A stretch of DNA of 64,000 nt from a virus (lineage: Duplodnaviria; Caudoviricetes): positions 1,101-65,100 of the IMG/VR virus record IMGVR_UViG_3300043252_000005; one strand, written 5' to 3'. Each line of letters opens with the position of its first letter. Position 1 is the stretch's first letter. Under the pieces are notes generated by a model. That model did no database searches. It was not told the origin of the DNA and saw nothing but the letters and a program-made list of their open reading frames with translations. Shown one piece after another: positions 16,727 through 25,253 of this stretch. The position numbers were made by a program, and so were the translations under genes.

Positions 16727-18222
16727 TGGCACTCGACGAACCGCCGCCATTCGAAGACGAGCCATATTTCGAGCCGCCCTCACGGCCTATCGCGATGCCG
16801 CCGACGAAGCTCGCCAACCCCCTGCCACAGCCGCCGAGCTCCGTCGAAGCCGAGCAGGCGCTTCTCGGCGCCATCCTCGTCAACAACGCGATGTATCACC
16901 GCGTCGCCGATCGGCTGCAGGCTATCCATTTTGAATTCGGCGTCCACTCCCGCATTTACGAGACGATCGCGGGCATGATCGATGGCGGCAAAATCGCCGA
17001 TGTCGTCACCGTCTCGCGTTTCTTCACGGCCGATCCAGAATTGGTGCAGCACGGCGGCGCGCAGTACATCGCACGGCTGGCGGCCAGTGTCGTGACGATG
17101 GTGAATTCGAGATTCTATGCCGACCACATAATAGACACATGGCGCCGGCGCGAGATCATCGCGCGCGCCTGGCAGGCGATCAACAACGCGGCTGAACTGG
17201 ATACAGAACGCGACGCGCTGCGGATCGCCGAGGAATTGGGCGCAGGCATTGCGGCGCTCGCGGAGGAGGATGGCCGCGGCGAGAGTGTCATGAGCCTGCG
17301 GGAAGCCATGCAGGCGGCACAGCGCGCCACGGAGAGTGCTGTAAAGCGCGGCGGGGCCGGCGGGCTCCCCACCGGCATTGTGTCGCTCGATGATCGCTCT
17401 GGCGGCCTCTATCCGGGGCATCTGATCGTCATCGGCGGCCGCCCCGGCATGGGCAAGTCCGCACTCGCCCAGACGGTCGCATCGAACGTGGCCTATGCCG
17501 GCGGCACGGTTGGATTCTGGTCACTCGAGATGCAGCCGGAAGATATCGGCTGGCGCGAGATCGCCGGCCTTTCCGGCATGACGACGAAAGACCAGATGCG
17601 CGGCACGGCAGGGCTGGGTGGTATCGAGCGCCAGCAGCTCGCTATCGATGATGCGGGCGACCTGCCGCTCTACATCTTCCCGCGCGGCGGTATCGGGCTT
17701 GCCGAGGTGCAGCGCCAGGCGCGCAGCTTGCAGCGGCGCCGCGGCTTGGCACTCATCGTGATAGACCATCTTCAGATCATGCGGACGCGCGGCAAGAAGG
17801 AAGAGAACCGGCGGCTCGAGCTGGGCGCCATCAGCGGCGGTCTCAAGGCGCTCGCGAAGGAACTCGGTGTGCCGGTCATGTTGCTGTCCCAGCTTTCGCG
17901 CGCCGTCGAGATGCGAGACGACAAGCGGCCACAGCTTTCCGATCTGCGCGAGACCGGCGATATCGAACAGGATGCGGATTGCGTGTGGCTGCTGCATCGC
18001 GAAGAGGTGTATTTGAAACAAAACGCCCCGCAGCAGCGGCAGGCCGAGACGACGGATAATTTCGAGGAGCGGTGTCGCAATCATCAGGCGGCCCTCGTGC
18101 GATGCGCCGGCGTGGCGGATTTAAATCTGGCGAAGCTGCGGTTCGCTGACACGGTGACGATCAAGCTAAAATTCTCCGGCGCGCGGAGCCGGTTCGATGA
18201 CATTGGAGGGACTGCGTGGTGA
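16723..18222 (+). CDS. dnaB: Replicative DnaB helicase
   Basis: SVEAEQALLGAIL, GGRPGMGKS, IDHLQ, LSQLSRAVEMRDDKRPQLSDLRETGDIEQDAD. Confidence 0.97.
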   Translation: MMALDEPPPFEDEPYFEPPSRPIAMPPTKLANPLPQPPSSVEAEQALLGAILVNNAMYHRVADRLQAIHFEFGVHSRIYETIAGMIDGGKIADVVTVSRFFTADPELVQHGGAQYIARLAASVVTMVNSRFYADHIIDTWRRREIIARAWQAINNAAELDTERDALRIAEELGAGIAALAEEDGRGESVMSLREAMQAAQRATESAVKRGGAGGLPTGIVSLDDRSGGLYPGHLIVIGGRPGMGKSALAQTVASNVAYAGGTVGFWSLEMQPEDIGWREIAGLSGMTTKDQMRGTAGLGGIERQQLAIDDAGDLPLYIFPRGGIGLAEVQRQARSLQRRRGLALIVIDHLQIMRTRGKKEENRRLELGAISGGLKALAKELGVPVMLLSQLSRAVEMRDDKRPQLSDLRETGDIEQDADCVWLLHREEVYLKQNAPQQRQAETTDNFEERCRNHQAALVRCAGVADLNLAKLRFADTVTIKLKFSGARSRFDDIGGTAW

Positions 18223-19328
18223 GCGATTGCGAATTGCCGGCGCCGATTGTCGATGCGGAAATCAGCCTTATCGGCCTCCCGTTCATGATGGTCCACGTCC
18301 TCCGTTTGAAGAAATCGAAGGCGTGGTTGGCCTGTAAAAAGAAGCCGGCGCTCGCCTACTATCTCATGAATTTGTGGATGGCGGCGTGGTACGAAGAGCC
18401 CGCGGCATCGATCGAGGATGATGAAGATGCACTCGCTGACGCGGCCGGATGCACCGACAAGCAGTGGCGAGAGATGAAAGAGATACTGCTGCGCGGCTGG
18501 GTGAAGTGCTCTGACGGTCGCCTCTATCATCCGTTCCTGTGCGAACTCGCCGAGGAGGCTTGGCACGGTCGCAGATCGGAAGAGAAGAAAAAAGCCAAGG
18601 AACGCGAGAAAAAACGCGCCCAACGCATTCAACTTTCCCCGGGACAAAATCCGCCTGTCCCCGAAATGTCCCTATGGACAGGGCATGGGACAGAAACGGG
18701 ACGTCCCCATGGACAGAAAAATCCTGTCCCCGATTTGTCGGCACGTAAGGGAAGGGAAGAGAAGGTAAGGGAAGAAAGAGAGTCTAGTGATCATAGATCT
18801 CTCAGTAGCCCCAGCGAGGGCGCGCGCGAAATTGCCGAGGTGTTCGAGGAAGCCATCCGGAACCTCTGGCCGAACGATTGCACAATCCGGCCGGCTGTGA
18901 GCCTCTGGGCGACGGCGCAAACCTGGCTCGACCAGGGCATCGACGTGACCGAGGCGACGAACCTGATCCGCGACAAGCTGGGCGCGGCGCTCGATGGCGG
19001 CAAAACCGATCCGCCGCGCAGCTTGCAATTTCTGAAAAACTCGGCGCAGGATCTGATCGACCGAAAACGGGGAGCGCCGCAGCGTGTCAACGGCCACAGC
19101 CAGCCGAAGGAAACACCGGAGCACCTCGCCCACCTTCGCCGAATGTCGCACATTCGCCATGCCGGGATGTGGATCAAGCTCAAGCACTGGCCGCAGAACG
19201 GCAGCATGGGCACCGATCCCACGCAGCCGCAGTTCTGCGAGCTTGATCGGGACTTGCTCGATTTTGTGCTCGGCAAAGCGCCGCAGCCGCCGGACTTCGC
19301 GCCGATTGAACAGCTGCTCGACCTGTGA
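18216..19328 (+). CDS. Replication initiator, DUF1376/YdaU-like
   Basis: LWMAAWYEEPAASIEDDEDALA...GWVKCSDGRLYHP; internal iteron region; follows dnaB. Confidence 0.8.
   Translation: MVSDCELPAPIVDAEISLIGLPFMMVHVLRLKKSKAWLACKKKPALAYYLMNLWMAAWYEEPAASIEDDEDALADAAGCTDKQWREMKEILLRGWVKCSDGRLYHPFLCELAEEAWHGRRSEEKKKAKEREKKRAQRIQLSPGQNPPVPEMSLWTGHGTETGRPHGQKNPVPDLSARKGREEKVREERESSDHRSLSSPSEGAREIAEVFEEAIRNLWPNDCTIRPAVSLWATAQTWLDQGIDVTEATNLIRDKLGAALDGGKTDPPRSLQFLKNSAQDLIDRKRGAPQRVNGHSQPKETPEHLAHLRRMSHIRHAGMWIKLKHWPQNGSMGTDPTQPQFCELDRDLLDFVLGKAPQPPDFAPIEQLLDL
18635..18782. repeat. Probable replication origin: GGGACA/TGTCCC inverted iterons followed by purine tract
   Basis: gggacaaaatccgcctgtcccc, tgtccctatggacagggcatgggacag, ggacagaaaaatcctgtcccc, then aagggaagggaagagaaggtaagggaagaaagagag inside the initiator gene. 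Confidence 0.7.
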
Positions 19329-19370
19329 CGCGCCGCCGCACCGAAAAATAGTATTCCGCCACTTTGACGC

Positions 19371-19399
19371 TTGACGCCATGCAACCATGAAGCCATATT
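19371..19399 (+). promoter_or_regulatory. Sigma70-like promoter TTGACG-N17-CATATT
   Basis: 19371-19376 and 19394-19399, upstream of RHH gene. Confidence 0.45.
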
Positions 19400-19436
19400 C
19401 AAATTTAGACGCTATTCGATCACAGGGGATGCCGCT

Positions 19437-19610
19437 ATGCAATTGATCCAGGTTAAGTTGGATGAGCACACCGGCAAAACCCTGCGCATTCTCTCGATCC
19501 GAAAAGGCGTGACGCTGCGCCAGTATCTCGCCAAGCTTTTTCATGATGATTTCGTGAAGCACGGAATTTCCCCGTCAGCCGATCTTATGCAGGTCGTCGA
19601 CGCGAAGTGA
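19437..19610 (+). CDS. Ribbon-helix-helix-like regulator
   Basis: MQLIQVKLDEHTGKTLRILSIRKGVTLRQYLAKL. Confidence 0.6.
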   Translation: MQLIQVKLDEHTGKTLRILSIRKGVTLRQYLAKLFHDDFVKHGISPSADLMQVVDAK

Positions 19611-19615
19611 TCACC

Positions 19616-19933
19616 TCACACCTCGCCATTCGGCACCGGCGGCTTCTCCTCGGGTTCGACCAGCTTAGGCGTCGGCCGGGATGCAGCCTCCGTCAGCCGG
19701 TCGAGCGCCGCCAGGGATTCCGACTTTCCGGCAGATTTCTCGGCTGTGCGCCGGATGAGATCCTTCGGACCTCGCGCCGGGCCGATCGTCAATTCGGTCA
19801 ACACCCCCTTCATGTTCGTGAAAATCTGCTCAGTCGTCGTCATGGTCTTGCCGATGTCGGCGAGCATGCTCATGGCGGCGAGGTCGGACTGGTCGATGAA
19901 AACATCAAGCCTGATGCGGGAATATTGGGCCAT
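19616..19933 (-). CDS. Hypothetical protein
   Basis: 105 aa ORF with GAGGA SD. Confidence 0.6.
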   Translation of the reverse strand: MAQYSRIRLDVFIDQSDLAAMSMLADIGKTMTTTEQIFTNMKGVLTELTIGPARGPKDLIRRTAEKSAGKSESLAALDRLTEAASRPTPKLVEPEEKPPVPNGEV

Positions 19934-20136
19934 TTCATCCTCACAAATTAACCACGCCCCACCATCGTACTGATATGGGAGTATGTAAATAATTATTATC
20001 GCACATAGTGGATGGCGATTTGCACGCGCGGATGTGCGTATGAAATGGCAAAAAGACGAGCGTTTCTGCGGATTTCAGGCCGATTTTATATTCTCCCAAG
20101 CCCAAAATGCCGATTTCGTTGGGTTTCAGAAACGAG

Positions 20137-20169
20137 AAAGCCGCCCCGCTATTAAGCAAGGGCGGCTTT
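20137..20169. terminator. Bidirectional rho-independent terminator
   Basis: AAAGCCGCCC...GGGCGGCTTT hairpin, just past the end of the leftward operon. Confidence 0.8.
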
Positions 20170-20183
20170 GTTTTATCAGAGAA

Positions 20184-20432
20184 TTAAATGCGCGGTAGGC
20201 GATAGATTCCGACGAGGCCGATGGCGCGCAGTTCGGCCGAGGTGTGGCCCTCCTGGCGGGGTGGGCCTTTGAGAAACAAGTCGGCCGGCTGCTTACGAGC
20301 CAGGAACCGGCAGCGTTGATGCGCCACCGGAGCCTCGTAGTTCTCGATCCACTCCGCACCGGGCGGCAGCCGCTCGAGGAGGCCCCGCAGCTCGGACGCG
20401 TGCTCGGCGGAGAGATCGGCTTGCGGGGTCAT
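20184..20432 (-). CDS. Hypothetical protein
   Basis: ATGA coupling. Confidence 0.5.
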   Translation of the reverse strand: MTPQADLSAEHASELRGLLERLPPGAEWIENYEAPVAHQRCRFLARKQPADLFLKGPPRQEGHTSAELRAIGLVGIYRLPRI

Positions 20433-20641
20433 AACGGCCTCTCAGGGAGGTCCATCCAATGCGTCGGGCTTTCGGCGATCCGGACTTTTTCGTCGTCCTC
20501 TCCCCACGAAAAATCATCCTGTTCGACCGACCATTTGCTGTCGCAGGTCGTCCAGATTGCCCGGCACACGCCGCGGCTCGGCTGCCACAGCAGCACGCTC
20601 CGATCCTTCGGCGCGGTCTCGATCGGTTGCCACTTCTTCAT
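20429..20641 (-). CDS. DUF551-family protein
   Basis: WQPIETAPKD...PTHWMDLP. Confidence 0.85.
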   Translation of the reverse strand: MKKWQPIETAPKDRSVLLWQPSRGVCRAIWTTCDSKWSVEQDDFSWGEDDEKVRIAESPTHWMDLPERPL

Positions 20642-20916
20642 TCTCCCGCCTCCTGCGCTTCCTGTTCCGTCAGCAGATCATCCCATCGCCGCGCCAGCCG
20701 CTCCCGCTCCTGCTGCCAGCCCTCGAGCCAGGCTTGCTTCAGCCGCGGATCGTGCTCGATACACAACGCGGCCGGCAGCCCGTGGGACGCGATGCGCTTG
20801 CCTTCGAGCTCGGCATCGTCGACGAGCTTCCGGCGGATGGCGGCGATCCTGCGCAAACCATCGTCCAGCAGGCGCGACGTTGCCGGCTTGGTGTAGCTGT
20901 GGCGCTGGCGGATCAT
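20638..20916 (-). CDS. Hypothetical protein with RMF-like motif
   Basis: LEGKRIASHG...C...AWLEGWQQ; coupled. Confidence 0.6.
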   Translation of the reverse strand: MIRQRHSYTKPATSRLLDDGLRRIAAIRRKLVDDAELEGKRIASHGLPAALCIEHDPRLKQAWLEGWQQERERLARRWDDLLTEQEAQEAGE

Positions 20917-21044
20917 GGCGACACCGCGGGCGAAATCAGCCAGTAGACCGTGACGCCCATCGCGAGCCAGAGCGCCAGCGCCGGCAGGATTGCGTTGACG
21001 AGGCCGCGTGGAAAGCTGCGCTCGTCGTCGGTGTAGTCGTCCAT
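20913..21044 (-). CDS. 43-aa membrane peptide
   Basis: Hand translation MDDYTDDERSFPRGLVNAILPALALWLAMGVTVYWLISPAVSP; GGAG SD; ATGA coupling. Confidence 0.55.
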   Translation of the reverse strand: MDDYTDDERSFPRGLVNAILPALALWLAMGVTVYWLISPAVSP

Positions 21045-21057
21045 GGTTTTCTCCCTT

Positions 21058-21360
21058 TTAAAAACCGCCGAAGAAGTTTGAAACGATCACAACCACATAG
21101 ATTTTTGCGAGCGCCGAAATCAGGGCCAGCCGGCGAAGCCCGACCTCCTGCAGCGTCAACGCGACGTAGGCGAAGAAGCCGGCGAGCGCGACCTTCCACA
21201 GCCACCAGTATGAGCCCATCATGGCCATGACTGCCGCCACCAGCGGGTTGGCTTCGACGCCGGCGCCGGAGAGCAGCGCGCGGTTGGTGCTGATCACGTC
21301 CAAGATCTGCGCCACGGCGATCAGGATCAGGAGCGAGCGGGCGAGGTGGATGCGGATCAT
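21058..21360 (-). CDS. DUF5658-like membrane protein
   Basis: ILDVISTNRAL...GVEANPLV; three hydrophobic segments. Confidence 0.75.
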   Translation of the reverse strand: MIRIHLARSLLILIAVAQILDVISTNRALLSGAGVEANPLVAAVMAMMGSYWWLWKVALAGFFAYVALTLQEVGLRRLALISALAKIYVVVIVSNFFGGF

Positions 21361-21362
21361 GA

Positions 21363-21551
21363 TCAGCCAGCCCGGCCGAGCGCGTTTGTGAGGCCGTCGC
21401 CCATCGTGCGCCACTGAGGCTGCAGGATGTCCTGGCAGGCCAGCATATCCACGAGGATCGCTGCCCATGCGGCGGCTTTGTCGTCCTTGCCGCATTGCTT
21501 GTAAGCGATAGCCTTTGCGAGAGCGCGGTTGATTTCGCTGCGGTCGATCAT
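21363..21551 (-). CDS. Hypothetical protein
   Basis: MIDRSEINRALAKAIAYKQCGK; GGAGG SD. Confidence 0.6.
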   Translation of the reverse strand: MIDRSEINRALAKAIAYKQCGKDDKAAAWAAILVDMLACQDILQPQWRTMGDGLTNALGRAG

Positions 21552-21611
21552 TTCTACCTCCATCGTTTACCGACGCGCCGCCGAAACGGCGCAGGGGTAA
21601 GGGGCGTTAGA

Positions 21612-21755
21612 TCAGCGGCGACGCTGGTGCGGAAGCCGGCCTTTCTCGGCGGCTTCTACTCGCGCGGCATCGATAATCCGCAGGCAGTCTGTACGCATTT
21701 CGGCGGTCGAAGGTTCGCGACCGAGCTTCGCTTTGAGCGCTTCGTAAATCGTCAT
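21612..21755 (-). CDS. Small hypothetical protein
   Basis: MTIYEALKAKLGREPSTAEM; GGAG SD; first gene of leftward accessory operon. Confidence 0.6.
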   Translation of the reverse strand: MTIYEALKAKLGREPSTAEMRTDCLRIIDAARVEAAEKGRLPHQRRR

Positions 21756-21788
21756 CTCGGTTCTCCCTGGTTCGATTTCGATGGAACC

Positions 21789-21886
21789 AACATACGCAAA
21801 CAGCGCACTATGGTCAAGCGATAATCGGCGCATGGCTCAACCCATCAGCTATGCTATTGACGCACTCTACGCAAACAGCATATATA
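21789..21886. promoter_or_regulatory. Divergent promoters, each overlapped by a TACGCAAACAGC repeat
   Basis: Left: TTGACC(21812-17)-N17-TATGTT(21789-94); right: TTGACG(21857-62)-N18-TATATA(21881-86); 12-mer at 21793-21804 and 21868-21879. Confidence 0.7.
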
Positions 21887-21891
21887 GACGC

Positions 21892-22080
21892 ATGACCAGA
21901 CTTCGCGAATGGCGCCAAGCCAGAAACCTATCCCAGCCGCAGGCGGCCGAGCTGCTGCGCACGCCGCTGCCGACGCTGCGAAATTGGGAGCAGGGCCGGG
22001 CATCGCCGCCGGCTGTGCTCGAGGTCGCGCTCGATGCGCTGGATCAGGTTGACCGCCTCAACATCACGATTTCGGAGTAG
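21892..22080 (+). CDS. XRE HTH regulator, probably leaderless
   Basis: LREWRQARNLSQPQAAELL...TLRNWEQGRASP; ATG 5 nt after -10 box, no SD. Confidence 0.85.
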   Translation: MTRLREWRQARNLSQPQAAELLRTPLPTLRNWEQGRASPPAVLEVALDALDQVDRLNITISE

Positions 22081-22083
22081 AAA

Positions 22084-22812
22084 ATGCTCACCTTCCCAAA
22101 TCCCGCCATCAGCAAGCCCGCATTCATGGCGATCCTCCGCGAGCACCGCGAGGCCGATCGGATCATCCAGGGGGCCTATTGGCAATGCGATGACGAAGAT
22201 GGCGAGGAAGTATTCCGCGGCTGTGCGGTCGGCTGCAGTCTCGAAACCGTGCGCCGTTGCCTCGGCGAGAGCGATATCCAGCACAGCTATCACGTGCTCT
22301 ACGAGCGCTATCTCGGTGTGCCGGAAGTTTTGGCGCAGCTCGAGGATCGGATTTTCGAAGGGTTGCGAGGCGATACGGCGAAAGATTGGCCAATCAGGTT
22401 TGCGGAGGCCATCCCTGTCGGCGCCGATCTCTCGATGGTCTGGCCGCGCTTTGCGCTGTGGCTATTGAGCGAGGAAGTGCCCAAGCACACGAAGGCGCCG
22501 GGAAGCATCGCTGCGCTAGCGGATGTCGCCGCGCTATATCGCGAATGGTGCGGCGGCGCGAAACCTGCGAATGATCGATGGATCGATGTGCTCATGAAGG
22601 CCGCCGCCGCCTACGCCTACGCCGCCGACGCCGCCTACTCCGCCGCCTACGCCGCCGACGCCGCCTACGCCGCCGCCTACGCCGCCTACGCCGCCGCCGA
22701 CGCCGCCGCCGACGCCGCCGCCGACGCCTACGCCGCCTACGCCCGAGTGTCGTGCTACGAGCGGATGGCTGATAAGCTGGCCGAGATCATGGCCGCGTGT
22801 GAGGCGTCATGA
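22084..22812 (+). CDS. Phage protein with Ala/Tyr/Asp low-complexity tract
   Basis: GCAVGC motif; AAAYAYAADAAY... tract. Confidence 0.75.
   Translation: MLTFPNPAISKPAFMAILREHREADRIIQGAYWQCDDEDGEEVFRGCAVGCSLETVRRCLGESDIQHSYHVLYERYLGVPEVLAQLEDRIFEGLRGDTAKDWPIRFAEAIPVGADLSMVWPRFALWLLSEEVPKHTKAPGSIAALADVAALYREWCGGAKPANDRWIDVLMKAAAAYAYAADAAYSAAYAADAAYAAAYAAYAAADAAADAAADAYAAYARVSCYERMADKLAEIMAACEAS
22600..22743 (+). repeat. GCC/TAC/GAC codon microsatellite (48 codons)
   Basis: Only GCC, TAC, GAC and one TCC codon. Confidence 0.9.
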
Positions 22813-23321
22813 CCAACCCCACGCTCGCCGAGAAGCTGCCTACAGAACCGACTGATATCGTAACGGAGGTACTGAGGGCGATACATCGCGGTGTGCCGGA
22901 TTGGAAGATAGCCATCCTTGCGGAAGCGCCGGTCTTTCGCGAAATAAGAGAGCGACACCTCGCTGAGCGCGATCGGTGCGTTGCGGAGGCGCTGCAGAAC
23001 GCTGCCGAGAAGATCTATAGCGCGCAACTCGATCCCACCTATTCTGAGACCTTCCGGTCAGGGCTCGCGCACGCCGTTGCTCTTCTCGAAAAGGAATTTG
23101 ATATCGTCCCCGGCCAATACCGCACTCTCGCCTTGATGCTGGTGGAGGCGCGGGACAATGCGCTCGAGGAAGTGGCAAAACAATTGGTCGACCGCGCCCG
23201 TCACATTGCTTGCGGCAGCCAACAAATCACGGTCACAGCAAGCACGGCAGCGGGATTTTTGATCGAGGAAGCTTCGAAGATCCGCGCCCTGAAATCGCCT
23301 GGCCGGGAGGGACAAGCATGA
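22809..23321 (+). CDS. Hypothetical protein
   Basis: ATGA coupling at both ends. Confidence 0.6.
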   Translation: MTNPTLAEKLPTEPTDIVTEVLRAIHRGVPDWKIAILAEAPVFREIRERHLAERDRCVAEALQNAAEKIYSAQLDPTYSETFRSGLAHAVALLEKEFDIVPGQYRTLALMLVEARDNALEEVAKQLVDRARHIACGSQQITVTASTAAGFLIEEASKIRALKSPGREGQA

Positions 23322-23521
23322 GCACAGAACTAAATCGCGCCATTTCGCACGCGGTCAACTACCACGGCCTCGATGCGCGTCTCGGCATGGCGGATTGGAA
23401 AATCGCCGATCTTATCGAGGGCGAAGTGCAAAAATGGCTGGACGGGAAATCCGATGTCCAGATCATTGAGCGCATGACGCCGGAGGAACGCGCCCAGATC
23501 GGCAGGGAGGGAAAATCATGA
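23318..23521 (+). CDS. Hypothetical protein
   Basis: ATGA coupling; GGAGGG SD. Confidence 0.6.
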   Translation: MSTELNRAISHAVNYHGLDARLGMADWKIADLIEGEVQKWLDGKSDVQIIERMTPEERAQIGREGKS

Positions 23522-24180
23522 GCGTTCCCAAAAGTGCGGCCGAGATTGTGACCGAGGCAATGGATCGCATCGAGAAATGTCAACGGGTGAGGCAGGCCGT
23601 CGAATTCAAGCCATCATCCGGTAGCGGGCCGGCGACAATTCAGGTGGACGGCTGCGAGCCCGTCCCCATCGATCTGCCGCAGCAAGACCAACCCAAACTC
23701 TTCGGTCCGGGGTATAGCGGCCCCACTGTAGGAGAGGTCCGCGTAACATTGCGGCCGATCAGTCTGGAGCAGATCAAGGCGGAATTGATCCGTCGCGGAT
23801 GGAATCCAGACGAAACCGATCGCCGTCATGTGCTGTACTGGGTGTGCGCCGCATACGAAGCCGGCCAGCAGGCAGTGGTCGAGCCTCACGACGCTACCCT
23901 CGCGCTGATGCAGCAGTCCCTAGCCGGATACTCGCAGACTTGCGCGGAACTTCGGCAGCGCAACGACCGGCAAGCCGATGAATTGCGTGGCCTGGTCGCC
24001 AAAGCGATCGAACGCAGTGGGGTGATCACGCGTCTGACCGACGATCTCGCCGGCGCCCGCGCCGAGATCTCCCGCCTCCGCTCCAAGGCCGAGCCGCCGC
24101 CGAAGCCCGCGCGGCCGGCGAACATCGCGGCGCGGTGGGAAGGTGGGCCGGAAACGGGGATGCTGCGCGATGACCGATAA
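23518..24180 (+). CDS. Hypothetical coiled-coil protein
   Basis: 220 aa; coupled. Confidence 0.6.
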   Translation: MSVPKSAAEIVTEAMDRIEKCQRVRQAVEFKPSSGSGPATIQVDGCEPVPIDLPQQDQPKLFGPGYSGPTVGEVRVTLRPISLEQIKAELIRRGWNPDETDRRHVLYWVCAAYEAGQQAVVEPHDATLALMQQSLAGYSQTCAELRQRNDRQADELRGLVAKAIERSGVITRLTDDLAGARAEISRLRSKAEPPPKPARPANIAARWEGGPETGMLRDDR

Positions 24181-24349
24181 GGTTTTCCACCTCCGGCCGC
24201 ACCAGCCATCGGCCTACGACATCGCCCTGGCGATCGCGCTCAACGACAGCAAGCGGGCCACCGTCGCCCGTGACTGCTGGGCTGTCGCGGCTCTTGCCGG
24301 CTGGTTCGTCGCCGGCATGATACTCGTTGTGGCGTTGACAATTCGATAG
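24170..24349 (+). CDS. Small C-terminally anchored membrane protein
   Basis: MTDKVFHLRP...hydrophobic C-terminus. Confidence 0.5.
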   Translation: MTDKVFHLRPHQPSAYDIALAIALNDSKRATVARDCWAVAALAGWFVAGMILVVALTIR

Positions 24350-24358
24350 GAGGAATCG

Positions 24359-24655
24359 ATGACCAAAACCGGAATCGCTCTCGTGCTGCTGTGCGTCGCA
24401 ACCATCGCCAATTTCGTCCACCAAATCGGCATTGAGACGCTGGTCTATGCGCAGGGCAATCTGATTGAGAGCCAGCAGAAATTTGACGCAGCGCTGGATG
24501 GATGGGCGACGGTGCACCATGACCAGATGCACGCTGACCATCAGCTGCTCATGAAGATCGCGGACATTGTCGCGCCGAAGACAGGGGCGGCGCCGGCGAC
24601 ATTCGACGGCTACTCGATCGAGGCGTGCCCGGGCGGGAAGGATTGTCCGCGATGA
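24359..24655 (+). CDS. Signal-anchored small protein, paralogue of 32869-33198
   Basis: MTKTGIAL...TFDGYSIEACPGGKDCP; AGGAGG SD. Confidence 0.7.
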   Translation: MTKTGIALVLLCVATIANFVHQIGIETLVYAQGNLIESQQKFDAALDGWATVHHDQMHADHQLLMKIADIVAPKTGAAPATFDGYSIEACPGGKDCPR

Positions 24656-24765
24656 CCAACGGCCCGCGCGACGATCTCGAGCGCGTGTGGTGGTCTGTGC
24701 TGGCCGGCCTGGCCGGCTTCGGGGCGTTGTTCGCCATCGTCGTCGCCATCGCGATCTTCCGATAA
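24652..24765 (+). CDS. 37-aa membrane peptide
   Basis: Hand translation MTNGPRDDLERVWWSVLAGLAGFGALFAIVVAIAIFR; ATGA coupling. Confidence 0.5.
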   Translation: MTNGPRDDLERVWWSVLAGLAGFGALFAIVVAIAIFR

Positions 24766-24780
24766 CCGAAAGGGCGTCCC

Positions 24781-25104
24781 ATGAAACATTGGCAAATATT
24801 CCTCCTATCGACGGCTGCGGCAGCCGGCATCATGTGGGGCATCATGGCGCGCGGCCAGACGGTCGAGAGCGCGACAGCAACAACCCTCGCCCAAGCCTGC
24901 GCCGCCCTCGAAGACATGCACACCGCGCACTCGGCCTGGCACCCCGACCACGATGCCGTGCCCGACCACAAGCTGCGCCACCAGTACATGACCGACGCTT
25001 ACAAGGCCGGCAAGAAGCGCTGCGAGGCCGGCGACGAGGCGGACGCGGCTGTCGTGCAGGAATGGGCGACCACGGCCAAAGATCTGATGGTCGACAAGAA
25101 ATAG
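24781..25104 (+). CDS. Secreted His-rich small protein
   Basis: MKHWQIFLLSTAAAAGIMWGIMARG signal-like N-terminus. Confidence 0.6.
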   Translation: MKHWQIFLLSTAAAAGIMWGIMARGQTVESATATTLAQACAALEDMHTAHSAWHPDHDAVPDHKLRHQYMTDAYKAGKKRCEAGDEADAAVVQEWATTAKDLMVDKK

Positions 25105-25253
25105 CGGGGAACCTCCCGGATCTCGCGGCCAGGATCTCAAACCCTCCCCAGCGCGCAAGCGTGAACTCTGCCCCGTATCCCCCGTTTCCCAGTTTGGGGA
25201 TTGATAACCAGAGATGGCAGGGATGGCCGCATCAACCCCAACGGAGGAATTCC

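Noticed and set aside
19941-20159. 72-aa ORF
   Set aside because: Starts inside a terminator hairpin and crosses an AT-rich regulatory gap; no SD or motifs
22578-22772. Poly-Arg ORF
   Set aside because: Alternative-frame reading of the GCC/TAC/GAC microsatellite
25105-25253. Riboswitch-like leader (GGGGATTGAT/ATCAACCCC stem)
   Set aside because: A single stem with no recognisable aptamer consensus
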